This document shows, piece by piece, positions 10,304 to 17,176 of a stretch of DNA of 29,396 nucleotides. Within the stretch, counting starts at the first letter, position 1; every line of letters begins with the position of its first letter. The DNA is from Candidatus Tenderia sp. (GTDB taxonomy: Bacteria > Pseudomonadota > Gammaproteobacteria > Tenderiales > Tenderiaceae), in contig JANOSY010000019.1 of NCBI GenBank assembly GCA_031416075.1, positions 1 through 29,396 on the forward strand. The letters are read 5' to 3'. The position numbers and the translations under genes were made by a program. Below the pieces are notes generated by a model. The model was given only the letters and a program-made list of their open reading frames with translations. It was not told where the DNA came from and did not search any database.

Positions 10304-11116
10304 ATGGAGAGAAAAAGTGAGGTGCGGCGCAACGATCTGTTTGTAGAGCGGACCGCCACCAACATCTGGCAGGAGGTTGCAAGCCCCGATAATCCATATC
10401 TAACCGAGAGCGCCCGCTGTCACGGTTATGAGTTGATGGAGCTGGTTAAAAAACGGAGTTTTGTGGATGTTTTTTATCTAATGTTTCGTGGTGAGTTACC
10501 AGATGCCAATGAGGCGGTATTGTTGGAGCAGTTGATGATCGGGTTGATCAACCCCGGTCCTCGCCACCCTGCTGTACGGGCAGCGATGAACGCGGGTGTT
10601 GGCAGCAGCAGTGTGGAACATATTTTACCCATTGCCTTGACGATTTATGGTGGTGAACATCTTGGCGCGGCAGAGGTAGCGCCAGCGATGAGGTTTTTAA
10701 GAAAACATCGTAATCAAGATCCGCAGCTGTTAGTCCGCAAACTGTTTGAGGAGTGTGTGCCGCCCAGTGAGGGTGATTGGCACATCGTGCCGGGTTTTGG
10801 TAGCCGGTTTGGTGGTGTAGATGGGGTTGCGAAAAAAATTGCAGACCATTTGGATAGTCTGCCCGGCAATCACGAAACCTTAACGTGGGGGTGCAGATTT
10901 GCAGCTGCCCTGAACGGGTACTCGCAGGGGTGGTTGGCCCCGGCCATGGCGGCGGCGGTTTTTACCGATCTTGGGTTTAGCCCCCGTGCCGGTGCCGGGC
11001 TGTTTCAGCTGCTGGGGGCACCGGGACTGCTGGCCCATGGGGTGGAGCTGGCCAGCAAACCGATTACCGCCATGCCGTTTTTGAAGGATGAGAACTATGT
11101 CATCCAATATGAATAA
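10304..11116 (+). CDS. citrate synthase/citryl-CoA lyase-fold protein A (divergent)
   Basis: HGYELMELV..RSFVDVFYLMFRGELP, GGEHLGAA, VPGFG and DLGF...G.GLF match the citryl-CoA lyase-like fold. Start at ATG 10304 behind GGAGG; the ORF track starts at 10277. Confidence 0.78.
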   Translation: MERKSEVRRNDLFVERTATNIWQEVASPDNPYLTESARCHGYELMELVKKRSFVDVFYLMFRGELPDANEAVLLEQLMIGLINPGPRHPAVRAAMNAGVGSSSVEHILPIALTIYGGEHLGAAEVAPAMRFLRKHRNQDPQLLVRKLFEECVPPSEGDWHIVPGFGSRFGGVDGVAKKIADHLDSLPGNHETLTWGCRFAAALNGYSQGWLAPAMAAAVFTDLGFSPRAGAGLFQLLGAPGLLAHGVELASKPITAMPFLKDENYVIQYE

Positions 11117-11924
11117 CAACCCGTTCCAGTTTTGGGATAAACACCGTGGCACTATACGGAGCAAAAAAGGGGGCTGGGTGGTGGGTAAAGGGGTGTTCAG
11201 TCATGGCTACTCCATGATGGATGAACTGGTGGGCAAGGTTTCATATATGCAGGTTGTGATGCTTAATGCGACAGGCCGTCTGCCGCAGCGGCAGATTGCT
11301 GATTGGTGTGAGGCGGCATTTATTTGTTTGAGCTGGCCCGATCCACGTATCTGGTGCAATCAGATTGGTGCTTTGGGTGGCGCAGCCCGCACATCAGTGG
11401 TGGCGGCGACAACAGCGGGTATTTTGGCGGCAGATGCAAATTCATATGGAATAAAACCGTTGTTACTGGGTGTGCAGTTTATTCAGGACGCGATGCTGGA
11501 TTATAAAAATGGTGTGAGTGTTGATGAGATAGTAAAAAAGGAGTGCGCCAAACATCGTGGCAAACCTCATATCATGGGCTATGCACGGCCGATTGCCAAA
11601 GGGGATGAGCGGGTTGTAGCTATGAAGCGGGTTCAAAATGAGTTGGGGCTCTCTGATGGCGAGCATTTACGGCTTGCGTATCAAATTGAAGCGGTGTTGT
11701 TACGGGATTTTGATGAGAGCATGAATATCAACGGTTATGCGTCCGCCTTTCTCTCTGATCGGGGTCATACTGCTGGTGAGGTCAATCGAATATGCGCCGT
11801 AGTGGTGAGTAGCGGCGTCACCGCCTGTTACATCGATACACGGGACCGCCCGCCCGAGGCGTTTTTACCGTTACGTTGTGACGATATCGAATATACGGGC
11901 AAGCCAGCGCGGGCTGTGCCTTAA
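11109..11924 (+). CDS. citrate synthase/citryl-CoA lyase-fold protein B (divergent)
   Basis: HGYSMMDELVGKVSYMQ...GRLP, SWPDPRIWCN, IMGYARP...DER, MNIN and C-terminal IEYTG..R.VP. Probable start ATG 11109 overlaps the stop of gene A by 8 nt. Confidence 0.75.
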   Translation: MNNNPFQFWDKHRGTIRSKKGGWVVGKGVFSHGYSMMDELVGKVSYMQVVMLNATGRLPQRQIADWCEAAFICLSWPDPRIWCNQIGALGGAARTSVVAATTAGILAADANSYGIKPLLLGVQFIQDAMLDYKNGVSVDEIVKKECAKHRGKPHIMGYARPIAKGDERVVAMKRVQNELGLSDGEHLRLAYQIEAVLLRDFDESMNINGYASAFLSDRGHTAGEVNRICAVVVSSGVTACYIDTRDRPPEAFLPLRCDDIEYTGKPARAVP

Positions 11925-11945
11925 ACAGGTGTGCTATTTTTGCGG

Positions 11946-14435
11946 TTATGTGGTCAGGAGTGTTGCGATGCTCACGGGTTTGCTGATGGCATAACCTTGC
12001 AGGAAATCGACACCAATAATTTTCAGCTCGTTCATGATGGCCTCATTTTCAACATATTCGGCGATGGTTTTCAGGCCAAAGACATGGCCGATGTCGTTGA
12101 TTGATTTGACCATGGCGTGGTCGATGGGGTCCTCCATGATGCCTTTGATAAACATGCCATCAATTTTGAGGTAATCAACGGGCAGGTTTTTGAGGTAGGC
12201 ATAGGATGACATGCCACTGCCAAAGTCATCGAGTGCAAATGAGCAGCCCAGTTTTTTGATGTTAACAATGAACTGTATCGCCTCTTGAAGATTGTGGATG
12301 GCGGCTGTTTCGGTGATTTCAAAACAGAATTTTGTCGGTGGCAACTTATATTTTGCGAATGCCTGGCTGATAAAATTGACAAAACTTTGATCACCCAGAG
12401 TGAGACCGGACAGGTTGATAGAGCAGGTCTGCAGCCGGTCTAAACCGGCGGGATTTTGTGCAAACCAACGTAGGGTTGCATCCAGGACCCAGCGATCTAT
12501 TTTGGTGGCGATGTTGTAACGCTCCGCAGCGGGCAGAAACAGTGCCGGGGAGATCCAGTTGCCATCGGAGTCTTTCATTCGCAGCAATATTTCAATGTGG
12601 CTTGGGTAGGGGTATTCCCCTTTAAGCTCCAGAATGGTCTGGTAAAAGAGTGCAAAGCCATCATGTTCAAAGGCGTGGTTGATCTTTGAGACAACGTGCA
12701 TTTCGCTGCGCCGTTTTATCAGCTCCTGGTCGTCTACATGATAAAGGTGTATACGGCCACGTCCGCGCTCTTTGGCGATGTAGCAGGCGTTGTCAGCCAT
12801 GCTGAGTGCTTCGTTGACACTCAGTGTGTCGCGGGTGATGGGAACGACCCCAACACTGGCACCGACGGCGAAGGTGTTGTTGTCATAGACAAAGCGGTGT
12901 GCCTGAATGGCATCGCAGATCACCTGGGCGATACGAACGGCGGACTCGGCGGAGCACTCTTCGAGCAGCAGTACAAACTCATCGCCCCCAAATCGGGCGA
13001 GGGTGTCGTGATGGCGACGGATTTTGCCAAGGATGATGTTTTTGATCTGGCGCAGTAGCTGGTCGCCGGCAATGTGGCCGCAGGTATCGTTGATGACTTT
13101 GAACTGGTCGAGATCGATATAACAGAGTGCATATTCAACATCCTGATGCTGCTGCTCTTCCAGTACAACACGTAACCGTTCTTCAAAGGTGGTGCGGTTG
13201 GTCAGGCCGGTGAGCAGGTCATGTTTGGATTGGTACTCCAGCCGTTTTTCCAGCTGATCGGTATGGGTGATGTCGCGGAAGACCATGACGGCGCCGATGA
13301 TCTCATTCTGGCGGTTGCGTATGGGGGAGGTGACGTGATCCAGCTTGAGCTGCCGGTTATCGTGGTTGATAAAGGTGAGCTGTTTTGCACCGTAGACAGG
13401 ACGGCTTGATTCAAGACAGCTGGTGGCTGGGTCATTGCTTTCCGTGGCGGTTGAGTCGCTGGTGCCATGCAGTATCTCGTGTACGTGTTTACCGGCGGCA
13501 TCGCTCAGCGTCCAGCCGGAGATCCGTTCTGCGACCGGGTTCATGTACTCAATGGTGCCGCTAAGATCGGTGGTGATGACACCTTCGGCAATGGAGTGCA
13601 GTGTGACTTGCGCCAGCTCTTTTTCGTGGAACAGCGCCTCCTGGTTTTGGGCAAATTCGCGGTTGCTGACCAGAAAATCTTCACGTTGTACGGCGATTTC
13701 ACAGACACGTCGTAACTGTTCGGTACGAAAAGGTTTGGAGATAAAGTCAACCGCGCCATCGAGGATCAGTTCGCCAGCGCGTTCGGGTGAGGAGCGGGCG
13801 GTCATCATGACAACCGACTGTGCCGGATTAACTTTTATGATCTCCTGCAGTACTTCGCGGCCAGACATCTCTGGCAGCATGACATCGAGCAGCACAAGGT
13901 CATGGCGTCGTGCCAGCCACGCCTCCAATCCCGCTTTACCAGTGATGGTCACTTCGATGTCAAAGCGGTGGCTGAGCACACGTTTGATCAGTTCCACCGT
14001 ATCTAAATAGTCTTCAACCACCAGCAGGGAGCCCCTGGGGGTACCGCTGCTGTTGCTGGAGCGGAATATCTCATCGAGCACAGCAGGTAGAGTTGCCTGC
14101 GCCTGGAATGGGAGAAAGCGGTTAACTTCAAAGGCGTGACAGGTGGCGGCGGCGATGCGCTCGCTATGGATGCTGGAGACGATGATGATGGGGGTGTTGG
14201 CCGATATGGTTAATGCACCAGAACGAACCAGCCGGGCAAAGCGCCAGCCATCCAGTGTGCCCAGATCGACATCGCAGATAATGATGTCAATCTGTTTGAA
14301 ACTCAGAATATCGAAGGCCTCTTTGGTGGTGGTGGCTTCGGATAGCTCGGTGTAACCTGCGGCGTGCAACGTTGCCATCAGCGTGGCGCTCTGATCAACG
14401 TTGGGGGTAAATATTAATATCTGTTTGCTGAACAA
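11946..14435 (-). CDS. REC-REC-PAS-GGDEF-EAL c-di-GMP enzyme
   Basis: Atypical REC1 and canonical REC2 (VED, LLDVMLP, MTA, KPF); PAS domain (IAEGVITTD..MNP.AE); RHHD I-site and GGDEF; EAL motifs EIL, INLS, EITE, DDFGSG, KID, EYVE and QGY. Confidence 0.95.
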   Translation of the reverse strand: MFSKQILIFTPNVDQSATLMATLHAAGYTELSEATTTKEAFDILSFKQIDIIICDVDLGTLDGWRFARLVRSGALTISANTPIIIVSSIHSERIAAATCHAFEVNRFLPFQAQATLPAVLDEIFRSSNSSGTPRGSLLVVEDYLDTVELIKRVLSHRFDIEVTITGKAGLEAWLARRHDLVLLDVMLPEMSGREVLQEIIKVNPAQSVVMMTARSSPERAGELILDGAVDFISKPFRTEQLRRVCEIAVQREDFLVSNREFAQNQEALFHEKELAQVTLHSIAEGVITTDLSGTIEYMNPVAERISGWTLSDAAGKHVHEILHGTSDSTATESNDPATSCLESSRPVYGAKQLTFINHDNRQLKLDHVTSPIRNRQNEIIGAVMVFRDITHTDQLEKRLEYQSKHDLLTGLTNRTTFEERLRVVLEEQQHQDVEYALCYIDLDQFKVINDTCGHIAGDQLLRQIKNIILGKIRRHHDTLARFGGDEFVLLLEECSAESAVRIAQVICDAIQAHRFVYDNNTFAVGASVGVVPITRDTLSVNEALSMADNACYIAKERGRGRIHLYHVDDQELIKRRSEMHVVSKINHAFEHDGFALFYQTILELKGEYPYPSHIEILLRMKDSDGNWISPALFLPAAERYNIATKIDRWVLDATLRWFAQNPAGLDRLQTCSINLSGLTLGDQSFVNFISQAFAKYKLPPTKFCFEITETAAIHNLQEAIQFIVNIKKLGCSFALDDFGSGMSSYAYLKNLPVDYLKIDGMFIKGIMEDPIDHAMVKSINDIGHVFGLKTIAEYVENEAIMNELKIIGVDFLQGYAISKPVSIATLLTT

Positions 14436-14506
14436 ACCAACACTCCCTTGTGGTTATAAGACTGTATTGGGGCAGGATAGACAGTCCATCAAGTATATAG
14501 GGTGCC

Positions 14507-16084
14507 CTACCTATCGGCACTTCCCCGGCTTTCATTAAGAAATATTGGGATTGATACGGTAAACGTTGACCCTTGTTCAGGGGCGCTGGTGACACGTATG
14601 GTCCCTCCCATCAGTGTGCAGAACTGATGGGTGATTGCTAATCCCAGTCCAGTCCCCTCAAAGCGGCGAGTGATGCTGCTTTCAACCTGATAAAAGGGGT
14701 CAAAGATATGTTCGATCTGGCTTTCTGGTATGCCAATGCCACTATCCTTGATGATCAGTTGCAGCATTTTGGCACTCTGCGTCACGGTGAGCTGTATGAT
14801 GCCATGTTGGGTGAACTTGGTGGCATTGCTCAGCAAGTTGAGCAGGATCTGTCGTAACTTTGCCTCATCGATTACCAACAGCTCCGGTTGTAGCTGGAGT
14901 GTTGTTTCAAGTTGGTTGTGATTGTTTTTAAGCAGCGGTGTAATAGTCTCTATTACGCCACTGACAAGCAGGCGGATATTGGCGGGTGCCGGTTGCAGTG
15001 TCATTTGCCCCGACTCCAGTTTGGACATGTCAAGGATGGAGTTGATCATGGCCAATAGGTGGGTAGCATTGGCAGTAATGGTCTCCAGGTCGCGGCGGGT
15101 TTCACCCATTTCGGTGGGTAGATCCTCAAGGATCAGGTCGCTGTAACCGAGAATCGATTGTAACGGAGTGCGGAGCTCGTGGCTGACGCGGGAGAGAAAG
15201 TCAGATTTATTCTGGTTGGCTTGCACCGCTAAATCGCGGGTGTAGACCAGCTCCTGAGTCCGTTGGTTAACCTCATATTCGAGCATTTCATTGTGCTGCC
15301 GCAAACGGGTGTCGCGTTCGGCCAGGGCCTCCATCATCTTGTTGAAGGCGCGGCCAATGTTATGTACCTCGGTGGGTCCTTTCAAGGCTGCATAGCTTTG
15401 TGTATCACCATTTTCGGCCCGCTCCATCACCTTTGCCAACGCTGACAGCGGTTGGGTGAGACGTGAAAAGCTGCGCTGAACTATGAGCAGCAGGATAATG
15501 GCGATCAGGATGGTGATACCGAGATTGTTGGCAAAGGTGGCGGTAACGGTCTGTCCGAGTTTGGTTTTGCTTTTAATAACTACGACACTGCCCAATAGCT
15601 CAGGAAGGGTGTTATCGGGTTGTGCCAGTGAAACAGCGCTGTCGTCGGACTCAATCTGACTGTCACTGTAGACCGGCGCGATAAATATCCACTCAGCACC
15701 ATTCTCCTCTGCCAGTATTGCGGTTTTTTGTTCACCGGAAAGCTTGGGCAATTTGGTCAGGCTGAACCCTTTTTTGAGTAGCACGTTGCCGCTGTTGGTG
15801 AGCAGCGTGACTTGGCTGATGGAGGGAAACCCCAATGCAGCACTTAATGCCTCTTCAGCATTGTCGCCGCTGCCGTAGAGCAGTGATAATACCGACCGCT
15901 GGGCGACACTGTTGGTTACCTGGAGTCCATCTTCTACCATCTGATCATACACGTTGGAGGAGGTGACCCAGGCGGTGGTCAATGAGGTGCCAATCGCCAG
16001 CGCAAAAATACCGAGGGTGAAGGTAGTGGTGAGCTGTCTGCGAAAGCTGCTGTGTGATCTCTTGTTTATATTCATGGGGTGCAT
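14507..16084 (-). CDS. membrane-bound HAMP histidine kinase
   Basis: Two TM segments around a periplasmic domain; HAMP (PLSAL..E...IGRAFN.M); H-box SHELRTPL, N-box NLLSNA.KFT, G1 DSGIGI, F-box and G2 GTGLGL. Confidence 0.95.
   Translation of the reverse strand: MHPMNINKRSHSSFRRQLTTTFTLGIFALAIGTSLTTAWVTSSNVYDQMVEDGLQVTNSVAQRSVLSLLYGSGDNAEEALSAALGFPSISQVTLLTNSGNVLLKKGFSLTKLPKLSGEQKTAILAEENGAEWIFIAPVYSDSQIESDDSAVSLAQPDNTLPELLGSVVVIKSKTKLGQTVTATFANNLGITILIAIILLLIVQRSFSRLTQPLSALAKVMERAENGDTQSYAALKGPTEVHNIGRAFNKMMEALAERDTRLRQHNEMLEYEVNQRTQELVYTRDLAVQANQNKSDFLSRVSHELRTPLQSILGYSDLILEDLPTEMGETRRDLETITANATHLLAMINSILDMSKLESGQMTLQPAPANIRLLVSGVIETITPLLKNNHNQLETTLQLQPELLVIDEAKLRQILLNLLSNATKFTQHGIIQLTVTQSAKMLQLIIKDSGIGIPESQIEHIFDPFYQVESSITRRFEGTGLGLAITHQFCTLMGGTIRVTSAPEQGSTFTVSIPIFLNESRGSADR
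14511..14537 (-). promoter_or_regulatory. putative internal sigma-28 promoter for the GGDEF-EAL gene
   Basis: Minus strand reads TAAT-N15-GCCGATAG within the last codons of the kinase gene, about 75 nt upstream of the start at 14435. Confidence 0.55.
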
Positions 16085-16094
16085 CGATCAGCCA

Positions 16095-17039
16095 TTATCG
16101 TACTGGATAGACCACATCAAGCTCTTCCTCAACGGTTTTTGAGTAGGTAATCCCAAGGTGCGCGGCAGTACGACGGTTAAGTGAGATCTTAAGATCGTTA
16201 AGCGGGATGACCCGCCGCTGAGGGGTGGTCTCTGCTGCCTTTTCCAGTGCCAGTGTGGCCAAGCTGTTACCCATCTGCTGGTGATCAGGGAAGAGGGCAA
16301 AGAGGGCTCCGCGGCGGCTATGGGAGGGGTTATTGGAGAAAAGTATAAATTTGCGCTGCCAGGCGCTTTCAAGTGCCATGGGCAAAATGGTCTTATCGGG
16401 CAAAGTATTATCCAGCAGTAGCCAAACGCTATCACTGGGGCCGTTGGCCTGTTCAAGAATGGTTTTAAATTTATGTACGGCTTCACGAAGATCGTTAGCG
16501 GCATAGGCTTTTAACTCAATACCACGACTTTTTGCCGACTGCTGCGCCAGCCGCATGATCCAGCCACTGTTCTCCTCGTTGTAAACGGTAAATACCCGTT
16601 TGACGGTGGGGGCGATATCGGTGAGCTTGTTAAAAAACTGCTCAGGCGCCCCTAACAGACTGATACCGTTATGGTCACCGGGTGTGATCAGCAGTCCGCC
16701 GTGGACGATAGGAATCTCGCTCTGTAATATGTGTACAAGATCGTAGCTCTGCTTGCCCAGCGCAATGACGGCGCTAATATCGTTACGGCGGATGTAGCGG
16801 CTGATCTCCTGTGCGGTTGTTGATGGTTGTATTACCAAGGTGGCGTAATCAGCTTTTGGGTGGGCTGCGATACCAGCGATGATCTCATCGAAGATTTGAT
16901 CATAGGCCGGATTGATCTTGGGGTAGACCACCAGCAGCTTGGGTGGGGTGGCAGCTTGAGATGCAAAAGCGATCAGCAGGCCAAACATGGCCACTGCCAA
17001 TCCTTTTACAAGTCGCCGTACTAGAGTAGCGGTGATCAA
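16095..17039 (-). CDS. periplasmic ABC-type substrate-binding protein, with no permease or ATPase nearby
   Basis: Signal peptide (..ASQA-AT); VIALG, KRVFTVYN, RRGALFALFPD..QMG..LA and LNRRTAAHLG resemble the ABC_sub_bind family; 10 nt upstream of the kinase gene. Confidence 0.75.
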   Translation of the reverse strand: MITATLVRRLVKGLAVAMFGLLIAFASQAATPPKLLVVYPKINPAYDQIFDEIIAGIAAHPKADYATLVIQPSTTAQEISRYIRRNDISAVIALGKQSYDLVHILQSEIPIVHGGLLITPGDHNGISLLGAPEQFFNKLTDIAPTVKRVFTVYNEENSGWIMRLAQQSAKSRGIELKAYAANDLREAVHKFKTILEQANGPSDSVWLLLDNTLPDKTILPMALESAWQRKFILFSNNPSHSRRGALFALFPDHQQMGNSLATLALEKAAETTPQRRVIPLNDLKISLNRRTAAHLGITYSKTVEEELDVVYPVR

Positions 17040-17176
17040 TCTGGGAATACACCGTGTCTGTGTTTAACTAAGAGGCAGGTACGCATTGCCAACTCCCGTC
17101 CGTGGTCTTTTCAGTTTACCAGCGGGCTGCTCATCATCCCGCTTATTTATTATTACTTTACTCTATGGGTGCCCCT

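Noticed and set aside
17085-17125. GGTAAAC..GAAA..GGACG on the - strand resembling a c-di-GMP-I riboswitch
   Set aside because: No GCAAA after GAC, no pairing around the GAAA loop and no P3 or tetraloop receptor.
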